Assembly (NCBI GenBank): GCA_045805065.1 | Contig: JBJMMA010000137.1 | Span: 1 to 13,136, forward strand | Direction of reading: 5' to 3' | DNA from: Bdellovibrionia bacterium | Lineage (GTDB): Bacteria; Bdellovibrionota; UBA1018 | Length of the DNA stretch: 13,136 nt | Shown: positions 1 to 7,198 of the stretch, one piece after another | Layout of the letters: each line of letters starts with the position of its first letter | How positions within the stretch are numbered: position 1 is the stretch's first letter | Notes under the pieces: model-generated | Seen by the model: the letters and a program-made list of their open reading frames with translations, nothing else | Databases searched by the model: none | Told to the model about the DNA's origin: nothing | Program-made: the position numbers and the translations under genes

Positions 1-618
1 AAGCTGGAAGAGATGCCGGGTTGGCAGGCAGAGGACTCCGCTCGTATCCAGACCAAAGCAGATCGCGGCGACCGCGAAGATCGCAAGGCCTGATCTCAAC
101 TTTGCATAACTTCTTGCGGGGCGTTTGAGCGAACCTTTGTATTCACTCAAAAGATAGAGCCCCGTCAAAAGCACAAAAACCACAACGCCCGCTCGTTTAT
201 CAATCAGATTGGGAATCGCAAAAAGAGTCGCAAGCCCAAGCGTTCGCTTCCAGCGGGATCCCGTAGTCCCTCTCAGCCTCTCCCAGTTGAAGCTGATCAG
301 ATAAGCAAAGAGAATGAACTGTGAGGCGTAATCCAGAAAGACGAGTGCGCGGATCTGCGAGGCATGCCCAAGCGATGACGAAATTCCAAGCAGTGTTGCA
401 AGCACTCCGAAGTCACGAAGCGTTCCGTTCTGAGTGCGTGTCCCTTGCGAGTAAAGCGCAATCGCCGCGAGAAAGAGCGCAAGATTCGAGTACGTGTTCA
501 TCGGCTGGCGAACCCAGGCACAAAGTCTTTCTTCACACGTCAGAAGCCTGCCGAGTTCAAATTGCGACCAGGGACAGCCCACCTGGTTAAAGCTGGAAAC
601 AGACGAAACGTCAGGCAA
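1..618 (-). CDS. CREST-superfamily (alkaline ceramidase-like) multi-pass membrane hydrolase, 3'-truncated by window edge
   Basis: Manual translation of an open minus frame from TTG at 618 to base 1 (206 codons, no stop): MPDVSSVSSFNQVGCPWSQFELGRLLTCEERLCAWVRQPMNTYSNLALFLAAIALY...LGISSSLGHASQIRALVFLDYASQF...CFGLDTSGVLCLPTRHLFQL. It has the CEE...NTxSN motif, SxxxH, a conserved Asp and several hydrophobic helices, as in ceramidase-domain proteins. The HxxWH motif is expected just beyond the edge. The start overlaps the lipB stop by 8 nt, with CAGGGA upstream. Confidence 0.8.
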   Translation of the reverse strand, partial: MPDVSSVSSFNQVGCPWSQFELGRLLTCEERLCAWVRQPMNTYSNLALFLAAIALYSQGTRTQNGTLRDFGVLATLLGISSSLGHASQIRALVFLDYASQFILFAYLISFNWERLRGTTGSRWKRTLGLATLFAIPNLIDKRAGVVVFVLLTGLYLLSEYKGSLKRPARSYAKLRSGLAIFAVAAICFGLDTSGVLCLPTRHLFQL

Positions 619-1366
619 GCTGAATCCCTGGATCTGATGCCATGGCTTCCGCAAAAGCCTGCTCGGAAGTGAGCACCCGAATTTCCGGAGAGTGACCGGC
701 GTTACCCGCGCCGCTTTGAGCGTTCATTCTTCGAGCAAAGGCCTGCTCAAGATTCGTGCGCCAGTTTTTTGAATCGTAATCGTTTAAAAGATCTGACATG
801 CGGGTCATCACTTCGGGCGAAAACCCACAAGGTGAAATAAGCTGAAAGTATTTCAGATCGTTCACGCAATTGACGGCCATCCCGTGATAGGTCACCCATT
901 TGCGGATCGCGATTCCCATGGAAGCGATCTTGCGGTTTCCGACCCAGACGCCTGCGGCGTTTTCGCGCGATTCCGCCTGCAGCCCGCGCGCGGCGAGCTC
1001 GTCGATGAATACCTGCTCAAACTTTCTGAGAAAGCCTCCAATATCGTGATTGGGCCCAAAGCCATTCCCATCGAGCTTGACGATCGGATAGATCACCAGC
1101 TGGCCAGGGCCGTGGAACGTAAGATCTCCCCCACGCTCACTTTCGGCAAAGCTTACGCCCTGAGGAAGCTGGATGGGCACCGGCATATGGCGGGGTCTTG
1201 GCGTGCCCGTAAACTGAAGCCCACGCCCCTGAGTGATCACAGGCTCGTGCTCTAAAAACAGCACGGTATCGGGAATCTGATCGGCAGCCCTTAGCTCTAA
1301 TAGTTTAAGCTGAATCAGGCGTGCGTTTTCGTAGGGAGTGAGGCCAGAAAGGGACCAGAACTGCAT
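611..1366 (-). CDS. lipB: Octanoyltransferase (lipoate-protein ligase B)
   Basis: Motifs LEHEPVITQGR, RGGDLTFHGPGQLVIYPI, RKIASMGIAIRKWVTYHGMAVN and ISPCG. Start reassigned to ATG 1366 (MQFWSL...); the ORF-track extension to 1429 runs into the divergent promoter region. Confidence 0.95.
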   Translation of the reverse strand: MQFWSLSGLTPYENARLIQLKLLELRAADQIPDTVLFLEHEPVITQGRGLQFTGTPRPRHMPVPIQLPQGVSFAESERGGDLTFHGPGQLVIYPIVKLDGNGFGPNHDIGGFLRKFEQVFIDELAARGLQAESRENAAGVWVGNRKIASMGIAIRKWVTYHGMAVNCVNDLKYFQLISPCGFSPEVMTRMSDLLNDYDSKNWRTNLEQAFARRMNAQSGAGNAGHSPEIRVLTSEQAFAEAMASDPGIQLA

Positions 1367-1412
1367 ATGCTTCCACCATATTCGACGCAGTTGCGATTGA
1401 AAAGGTCTGAAA

Positions 1413-1436
1413 TTGACAGCGAGCGGCATTTATAAT
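1413..1436 (+). promoter_or_regulatory. Possible sigma70-type promoter elements for the peptidase gene
   Basis: Perfect TATAAT at 1431-1436 and perfect TTGACA at 1413-1418, but the spacer is only 12 nt, so the pairing is non-canonical. Confidence 0.35.
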
Positions 1437-1448
1437 AGTCCACGCTTC

Positions 1449-2288
1449 GTGAAAAACGTCATTTCTGTTTCGATGGTTTCGATCCTTTCCAGCTTGGCTC
1501 TTTCTCTTTCAGCACAGGCCGCGGAGCCCTACCGAATCCTTTTGACGTCTTTTGATCCCTTTGGCCTGAGCGCAAAGAACAATTCGCAACCTGTTGCCAA
1601 GCGTGTGGCTCAGCTTGCAGCTTCTTTGGGCGAAGATGTTCAAGTCGAAGTCTGCAACTTGCCAGTCACTTATGACAACGCTGCCGTAGCAGCACGCGAG
1701 TGCGTGGATCGTCATCATCCGAGCGCTGTTGTGTCACTGGGAGAAGGCTTCTGCGATCTTCGCATCGAAACCGCCGCGACAAACTGGGACGCAGCCACGC
1801 TTCCCGATAACGCAGGCCAGGTTCGCTCCGGACGCCCGATTATTCCAGGCGGCCCTCAGCACACTCCTTTTCAATTTCCTGTGCAGGCCATGTTCTGCGC
1901 GGTCGATGCAGATCATCCTCCTGTCACTGTTTCAACCGATCCAGGGACATTTGTCTGCAACAATACCGCCTATCACCTGAGCCAGGATCTGAGTGCTCGC
2001 GGCATTCCTTTCACTTTCATTCACGTCCCTCACTCCAAATGCTCGGCCTCGCAAAAGGATGTGGAAAAGAACGCGCAAATCATCGCCAAAATGCTTCATG
2101 CCGCAATTCCTGCACTTCGCGCTCCAGCAAGAGCGCCATCCGTTTGGATTCGTCCCGGGTCAGCTGTCTTAAAAATGCCAGCTAGCCGCGCTGAAGCTCA
2201 GACCATCGAGCTTGAGCTCCAAAGCTCGCATGCTCCGGCTTGCGAGCAGAAATTTGCTCATTGGCTGGTTCAGGATTTTCACGAGTAA
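1449..2288 (+). CDS. pcp: Pyroglutamyl-peptidase I family (C15) protein with N-terminal signal peptide
   Basis: ILLTSFDPFG...NNS, VVSLGE, catalytic Glu in LRIETAA, PDNAG, Cys in DPGTFVCN, His in FIHVP. N-terminus MKNVISVSMVSILSSLALSLSAQA|AE looks like a Sec/SPI signal. Start GTG 1449 (alternative ATG 1473). Confidence 0.88.
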   Translation: MKNVISVSMVSILSSLALSLSAQAAEPYRILLTSFDPFGLSAKNNSQPVAKRVAQLAASLGEDVQVEVCNLPVTYDNAAVAARECVDRHHPSAVVSLGEGFCDLRIETAATNWDAATLPDNAGQVRSGRPIIPGGPQHTPFQFPVQAMFCAVDADHPPVTVSTDPGTFVCNNTAYHLSQDLSARGIPFTFIHVPHSKCSASQKDVEKNAQIIAKMLHAAIPALRAPARAPSVWIRPGSAVLKMPASRAEAQTIELELQSSHAPACEQKFAHWLVQDFHE

Positions 2289-2336
2289 TCTGAGTTCAAC
2301 CCAGAGACCTACCGCTCAAGGCGCAAGCGTCGATCG

Positions 2337-2897
2337 CTATACGATGAAGTGACTCATCACCGCACCACTGACGGCGCCGAGAATTACTCCCCCCAGCAGA
2401 TCACTGGGATAGTGCACGCCTAAGTAGTAGCGCGAGAGCGAGACAAACAGCGTCCAAAGCACAATAGGTGCTGCCATAGGATGACCAAGAAGAATCAGGC
2501 ATGTCGCAAACGATGCCGTTGAAGCCGCATGCACGGACGGAAACGATTCGCAGGATGGATGTTTGACCAGCGATTGAAATCCCTCGATGCCCTCGTAAGG
2601 ACGCTTTCGATTGATCACTCGCTTGATGACTTTTCCAACCAGCCAGGCAACAAGAGGTGCAAACAAAGCTTGTAGAAAAATGCGCTCATCGGGGATGAGA
2701 TGAATTCCCAGGCGGTAGAGCACACTGAGCACAAGAGCCAGTCCAAACCAGAATTTGGTCGTACCCGAGTAACTGAAAGCCTTGAGAATGAGCGTCAGTG
2801 TTTGAGTGCGTCTTTCACCCACCCAAATCATGGCCTGGCGATCGAGTTGCGAGATTTTAGCGGTGAACTTTGTATTTGTGTACTTCGTGATGACCAT
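2337..2897 (-). CDS. PAP2-family membrane phosphatase (undecaprenyl-PP / lipid phosphate phosphatase-like)
   Basis: C1 KRVINRKRP, C2 SFPSVHA, C3 SRYYLGVHYPSD; several transmembrane helices. Confidence 0.92.
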   Translation of the reverse strand: MVITKYTNTKFTAKISQLDRQAMIWVGERRTQTLTLILKAFSYSGTTKFWFGLALVLSVLYRLGIHLIPDERIFLQALFAPLVAWLVGKVIKRVINRKRPYEGIEGFQSLVKHPSCESFPSVHAASTASFATCLILLGHPMAAPIVLWTLFVSLSRYYLGVHYPSDLLGGVILGAVSGAVMSHFIV

Positions 2898-2974
2898 TTT
2901 GTTTGAAGACTAGCTTAATTTATTTGGACGGAGCCATTCGATTTTAAGACTTTGTTCCGGATTTCAAACTTCGA

Positions 2975-3007
2975 CGCACCGCTTCGCCGCAGCGGCGAAG
3001 CGGTGCG
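2975..3007. repeat. Perfect GC-rich palindrome, 16-bp arms with 1-nt centre
   Basis: CGCACCGCTTCGCCGC-A-GCGGCGAAGCGGTGCG read directly from sequence. Confidence 0.9.
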
Positions 3008-3011
3008 ACAT

Positions 3012-3048
3012 AAAACAAAAAGGGCACCGTCCAAAGACGGTGCCCTTT
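3012..3048 (-). terminator. Rho-independent terminator of the lipA-E2-lpdA transcript
   Basis: Minus strand AAAGGGCACCGTC-TTTG-GACGGTGCCCTTT followed by TTGTTTT; 13-bp stem about 50 nt after the lpdA stop. Confidence 0.88.
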
Positions 3049-3060
3049 CCATTCTTTTTG

Positions 3061-3094
3061 AGTTTGTCCTTCTGCGGAAGCAGTAGGACAAACT
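3061..3094. other. Stem-loop immediately after the lpdA stop codon
   Basis: AGTTTGTCCT-T-CTGC-GGAA-GCAG-T-AGGACAAACT: 10+4 bp stem with one mismatch. Confidence 0.75.
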
Positions 3095-3095
3095 A

Positions 3096-4547
3096 CTAAA
3101 CCCGAGCCTGAGCCGCTCCAGCCGAAGGCGAAGCCTTCTTCTGGAAAATATGAATCGCATGCCCAAGAGTGGCTTCGGCAGCTTCCATCAGCGTTTCAGG
3201 AAGAGTTGGATGCGCGTGAACGGTCAGAGCAAGATCTTCAACCGTTGAGCCCATCTCAAGAGCGAGAGCGGCTTCAGCGATCAAGTTCGATGCTTCAGCG
3301 CCGACAATGTGAACGCCCAGGAGGCGTCCCGTCTTCTTGTCGCCGATCATCTTCACAAGACCGTCTGGCTCGTTCATAGAAAGAGCACGACCGTTGGCTG
3401 CGAGTGGGAAGTTTCCAACCATGATGTCGAGGCCCTTTTGACGAGCTTCGGCTTCAGAGAGACCCACGGTTGCGACTTCTGGATCGGTGAAGATCACAGC
3501 AGGCATTGCAACGACGTCGTAAACAGTCTTCATGCCGGCAATCGCTTCAGCTGCAACGATTCCTTCTTTGGAACCCTTGTGCGCAAGAAGCGGCTGACCT
3601 GCGATGTCGCCGATGGCGTAAATGCTTGGAACAGAAGTGCGGCGTTGAGCATCGACTGGGATAAAGCCCTTGGCGTCGAGCTTGATGCCGGTCTTTTCAA
3701 GGCCAAGGTTTTCGGAGTTTGGCGTACGACCGATCGTCACCAGGACTTTGTCGAAAACTTGGGTTTCAGCCTTGCCACCTTCTGGAGTCAAAGTCACTTC
3801 GACGCCCTTGGAGGTTGCCTTCGAGAACGCGACCTTGGTCTTGAGCATCGTCTTCATGCCCATCTTATCCATGCGGCGTTGAACGACCTTGGTGAGGTCT
3901 GGATCGACCATTCCAAGCAAGCTTGGGAAGGCTTCCACAACGGTAACCTTGGTTCCGACCTTGGCGTAGAACATGCCAAGCTCAAGACCGATATATCCGC
4001 CACCGATGCAGAGCATGGTCTTTGGAACTTCGTTTTGAGCCAGAGCGCCCGTGCTGTCGAGGATCGTCTTGTTATCGACCGTGAAGCCAGGAAGCGCTGC
4101 CGGGCGGGAGCCCGTTGCAACCACGCATTGATTGAACGTGAGAGCCACGGTGCCTTCAGCCGTTTTCACTTCCATTGCTTTCGCGGAAGTAAACTTTGCT
4201 TCGCCTTTGATCACGGTGCAGCCGTTTGCCTTCAAAAGCTGGGAGACGCCGCCCGTGAGTTTCTTCACGACGGATTCTTTCCAGCTGATGAGCTTAGGCA
4301 TGTTGACCTTAGCGCCGGTGACTTCGATGCCCATATCAGCGGAGTGATTCAAGCGCTCAAAGAGAGTACCTGCGGTGATCAGCGCCTTGGATGGAATGCA
4401 TCCGATGTTCAGACACACGCCGCCCATTTCGCCGCGTTCAACGACGGTGACTTTCTTTCCAAGCTGAGCCAGGCGGATCGCGCAGACGTAGCCTGCAGGG
4501 CCTGCGCCCAGGACGACAACATCAGCGGTTTGCTGTTGAGTAGCCAT
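3096..4547 (-). CDS. lpdA: Dihydrolipoamide dehydrogenase (E3)
   Basis: GAGPAGY FAD motif, GGVCLNIGCIPSK redox disulfide, GGGYIGLE NAD motif, AIGD, HAHPTLPE; AAGGA RBS upstream. Confidence 0.97.
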   Translation of the reverse strand: MATQQQTADVVVLGAGPAGYVCAIRLAQLGKKVTVVERGEMGGVCLNIGCIPSKALITAGTLFERLNHSADMGIEVTGAKVNMPKLISWKESVVKKLTGGVSQLLKANGCTVIKGEAKFTSAKAMEVKTAEGTVALTFNQCVVATGSRPAALPGFTVDNKTILDSTGALAQNEVPKTMLCIGGGYIGLELGMFYAKVGTKVTVVEAFPSLLGMVDPDLTKVVQRRMDKMGMKTMLKTKVAFSKATSKGVEVTLTPEGGKAETQVFDKVLVTIGRTPNSENLGLEKTGIKLDAKGFIPVDAQRRTSVPSIYAIGDIAGQPLLAHKGSKEGIVAAEAIAGMKTVYDVVAMPAVIFTDPEVATVGLSEAEARQKGLDIMVGNFPLAANGRALSMNEPDGLVKMIGDKKTGRLLGVHIVGAEASNLIAEAALALEMGSTVEDLALTVHAHPTLPETLMEAAEATLGHAIHIFQKKASPSAGAAQARV

Positions 4548-4564
4548 TTAGTATTCCTTATCTG

Positions 4565-4585
4565 CGAGGCGGGTACACCGCCTCG
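4565..4585 (-). other. Intercistronic hairpin between E2 and E3
   Basis: CGAGGCGG-N5-CCGCCTCG, an 8-bp GC-rich stem with no U tract, just upstream of the lpdA RBS. Confidence 0.6.
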
Positions 4586-4599
4586 ACTCTAAAACCCGA

Positions 4600-5907
4600 T
4601 CAGATGCTCGAGAGCAAAAGCAGGCTTGGATTTTCGATGTACTTGATGAACTGGTTCATGAACTCAGCTGCGATCGCGCCATCCACGATGCGGTGATCGA
4701 GCGAGATCGAGAAGTACGTCCAATCACGGATCGCGATTTCTTCTTTTCCATCGCGATTGATGACGACTGGCTTACGAGCGATCTTATTGAAGCCCAGGAT
4801 TGCGACTTCAGGATAATTAATGATCGGCGTTGCCAACACGCCACCGATCGAACCTGCGTTCGTCAGTGTAATAGAGCCGCCCTTGAAGTCTTCGTTGGTG
4901 AGCTTGTTTGCACGAGCACGATCAACGATGTCTTGAATGTCGCGAGCCAGTTCAAGGATCGACTTGTGCTCAACATTCTTGACGACTGGAGCGGTCAAGC
5001 CGTCATTGGTCTGAATCGAAAGACCGATATTGTAGTAGTGCTTGATCACGATTTCGCCGCGTTCTTCATCGTAAGAAGAGTTCATGATCGGGAAGTTACG
5101 CAAACACGCAACCATCGCCTTCATGATGAATGGCAAGTAAGTGACCTTGATGCCTTGCTTTGCGCCAATGTCTTTTGCCATTGCGCGAAGCTTGACGAGC
5201 TCGGTTGCGTCCGCTTCTTCAACATAAGTGAAGTGCGCTGCCGTGCTCTTGGAGAGATGCATCTTCTCGGAGATCTTCTTGCGAAGTCCACGCATTGGAA
5301 TGCGCTCTTCCCCGCCCTGTGGAAAGGTGCGAGCTGCGCCCTTGGCAACAGAAGCAGGTCCTGCAGACACTGCACCTGCGCCGCTGAGCCATTTCTCGAT
5401 GTCTTCTTTCATCACGCGGCCGTTCGGGCCGGATGGAGAAATCTGCGCGAGGTCCACGCCTTGTTCACGAGCAAAACGGCGGGTCGATGGAGCCGCTGGA
5501 ACGCGGTTTCCAACGTGCGTTTCCATGGCAGGAGCTGCCACTGGAGCAGAAGATGCCGCTGCGGATGGAACGACTGCGCGAGTTGGCTCTGGAGCTTTTG
5601 CTTGAACAGCGGCCGGAGCTGCAGGAGCTGGAGCTGCGTGAGATGCCGCAGGAGCAGAAGCTTGGGCCGCGCCGCCAACGCCTTCAAACGAAATCATCAG
5701 CTGGCCAACGGTCACAACCGAGCCTTCTTTTGCGTGAATTTCCTGAACCTTGCCCTTGAAGGCAGATGGGATTTCAACCGTTGCTTTGTCGGTCATGATT
5801 TCGCAAAGAGGCTGGTCATAGTTCACTTGATCGCCTGGCTTCACGCGCCACTTGATCAGTTCGCCTTCATGAACGCCTTCGCCCAACTCAGGAAGTTTGA
5901 ATTGCAT
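4600..5907 (-). CDS. Dihydrolipoamide acyltransferase (E2) of a 2-oxoacid dehydrogenase complex (PDH/BCKDH type), single lipoyl domain
   Basis: MQFKLPELGEGVHEG, lipoyl Lys in TDKAT, Ala/Pro linker, E3-binding domain AAPSTRRFARE...SGPNGRV, catalytic DHRIVDG. Start ATG 5907 overlaps the lipA 3' end by 20 nt. Confidence 0.96.
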   Translation of the reverse strand: MQFKLPELGEGVHEGELIKWRVKPGDQVNYDQPLCEIMTDKATVEIPSAFKGKVQEIHAKEGSVVTVGQLMISFEGVGGAAQASAPAASHAAPAPAAPAAVQAKAPEPTRAVVPSAAASSAPVAAPAMETHVGNRVPAAPSTRRFAREQGVDLAQISPSGPNGRVMKEDIEKWLSGAGAVSAGPASVAKGAARTFPQGGEERIPMRGLRKKISEKMHLSKSTAAHFTYVEEADATELVKLRAMAKDIGAKQGIKVTYLPFIMKAMVACLRNFPIMNSSYDEERGEIVIKHYYNIGLSIQTNDGLTAPVVKNVEHKSILELARDIQDIVDRARANKLTNEDFKGGSITLTNAGSIGGVLATPIINYPEVAILGFNKIARKPVVINRDGKEEIAIRDWTYFSISLDHRIVDGAIAAEFMNQFIKYIENPSLLLLSSI

Positions 5908-6937
5908 TTTGTTTAGCTGCCTTTCGTTTTTCGATAACGCCTTGGATGAAAAATTCACCTGCTCTGTAGCTGGAACGGACCATCGGGCCCGAAGCTACGT
6001 ACAAGAACCCATGACTCTCGGCTTGCTTGCCGAGACGCGTGAACTCTTCCGGAGAATAGTATTTTTCCACCGGCAGATGCTGAAGCGATGGGCGCAAATA
6101 CTGCCCGAGCGTCAGCACGTCCACGTCGTAAGTACGCAAATCCGTGAAGGCTTCGTCGAGCTCGGTTTCTTCTTCTCCCAAGCCCAACATGACCGCACTC
6201 TTGGTGAAGAGCTCGTGCCCGATGGATTTTGCGTAGTTTTTGGCCAATCGCAGGGTTGTCAGCGACTGGACATAAGCCGCGCGAGGATCTCTCACGCGGT
6301 ACTGAAGTCTTTCCACGGTCTCGATATTATGTGCGTAAACATCGAGCTTGGAATCGACAATCATCTGAATGGCTTCAAGATCGCCCCGGAAATCTGGAAC
6401 GAGAGCCTCGACAATAATACTTGGATCAAGCCTTTTGATCTCGCGAATGGTTGCCGCGAAATGACCCGCGCCCCCATCCTTTAAATCATCGCGATCCACG
6501 GAAGTGAGAACGACATAGTGCAGGCCAAGCGCCGCAACGCTTTCCGCAATATGATACGGCTCCTCAGGATCCAGCGGTGGCGGCGTGCGAGACGTTTTGA
6601 TTGCGCAGAAGCGGCACGCACGGGTGCAGGTGTCACTTCCCAACATGAATGTCGCGGTGCCACTAGACCAGCACTCAGCCACATTCGGGCAATGAGCCTC
6701 TTCACAAACGGTATGAAGCCCACGCTCACGGAGCAAGCCCTTGATCTGGGTATAAGACTCACCTGCTGGCGGACGAATCCTGAGCCACTCAGGCTTCTTA
6801 CTTGCCATAACCTGGGCCGCCTTGGAGGGCGACATCGGGCGAGCCAAAGGACGAGCAGTCGCCTGCCCTAGAGCCTTTTCGGCTGCGCTAGTGAGTGGAG
6901 GAGTCTCCAAAATGGGAAGCTCTCGAAAAATGGCCAT
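5888..6937 (-). CDS. lipA: Lipoyl synthase (radical SAM)
   Basis: KPEWL, CEEAHCPNVAEC auxiliary cluster motif, CTRACRFC radical SAM motif, TLGQYL, VRSSY. Start set at ATG 6937 because a promoter and terminator lie within the ORF-track extension; a downstream Met start is possible. Confidence 0.96.
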   Translation of the reverse strand: MAIFRELPILETPPLTSAAEKALGQATARPLARPMSPSKAAQVMASKKPEWLRIRPPAGESYTQIKGLLRERGLHTVCEEAHCPNVAECWSSGTATFMLGSDTCTRACRFCAIKTSRTPPPLDPEEPYHIAESVAALGLHYVVLTSVDRDDLKDGGAGHFAATIREIKRLDPSIIVEALVPDFRGDLEAIQMIVDSKLDVYAHNIETVERLQYRVRDPRAAYVQSLTTLRLAKNYAKSIGHELFTKSAVMLGLGEEETELDEAFTDLRTYDVDVLTLGQYLRPSLQHLPVEKYYSPEEFTRLGKQAESHGFLYVASGPMVRSSYRAGEFFIQGVIEKRKAAKQNAIQTS

Positions 6938-6950
6938 AATCGGTCCGACA

Positions 6951-6979
6951 GTTATAGTGACGCGGACCCTAAATTTCAA
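6951..6979 (-). promoter_or_regulatory. sigma70-type promoter of the lipA operon
   Basis: Minus strand TTGAAA (6979-6974), 17-nt spacer, TATAAC (6956-6951). Confidence 0.7.
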
Positions 6980-6987
6980 GAACTCAT

Positions 6988-7023
6988 AAAAAAGCCCGAT
7001 GGAGATAAATCCCCACCGGGCTT
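6988..7023 (-). terminator. Rho-independent terminator
   Basis: Minus strand AAGCCCGGTGGGGAT-TT-ATCTCCATCGGGCTTTTTT. The stem's G.U wobbles form only in the minus-strand RNA, and it ends in a U6 run. Confidence 0.88.
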
Positions 7024-7062
7024 GAGAGAGAGGAGTAGTATGAGCCGCTTCCTGCGGACACT
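6988..7062 (-). ncRNA. Candidate ~75-nt sigma54-dependent small RNA
   Basis: Bounded by a -24/-12 promoter and an intrinsic terminator. Predicted RNA: AGUGUCCGCAGGAAGCGGCUCAUACUACUCCUCUCUCUCAAGCCCGGUGGGGAUUUAUCUCCAUCGGGCUUUUUU. No AUG-initiated ORF inside. Confidence 0.65.
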
Positions 7063-7072
7063 CCCTCGCATC

Positions 7073-7088
7073 TGCAGTTAGAATGCCA
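7073..7088 (-). promoter_or_regulatory. sigma54 (RpoN) -24/-12 promoter
   Basis: Minus strand TGGCATT-CTAA-CTGCA versus consensus TGGCACG-N4-TTGCW, with exact GG-N10-GC spacing; predicted +1 is an A at about 7062. Confidence 0.7.
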
Positions 7089-7198
7089 AATGGTTTCGAG
7101 GCCCTAAATTTAAGCCTTACGCCTTTCCTGACGCCTTTTAAGAGGGCCTTAGAGCGAGCAGAGCGCCGCCCCCTTTCCTTCCCAGCCCCCCACCAAAT

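Noticed and set aside
297..672. Short ORFs of 61-89 aa at the left end
   Set aside because: They overlap the ceramidase-like frame (618 to <1), which has family motifs.
1367..1429. ORF-track N-terminal extensions of lipB and pcp producing head-to-head overlap
   Set aside because: Homology-like sequence begins at 1366 and at 1449/1473; the interval is better explained as a divergent promoter region.
3309..5916. Long plus-strand ORFs (427 aa and 407 aa) antisense to lpdA and E2
   Set aside because: Shadow ORFs caused by codon bias of highly conserved genes; no recognisable motifs.
6988..7062. Interpretation as a riboswitch or attenuator leader of lipA
   Set aside because: No recognisable aptamer or clear antiterminator, and lipA has its own promoter downstream of the terminator; disfavoured but not formally excluded.
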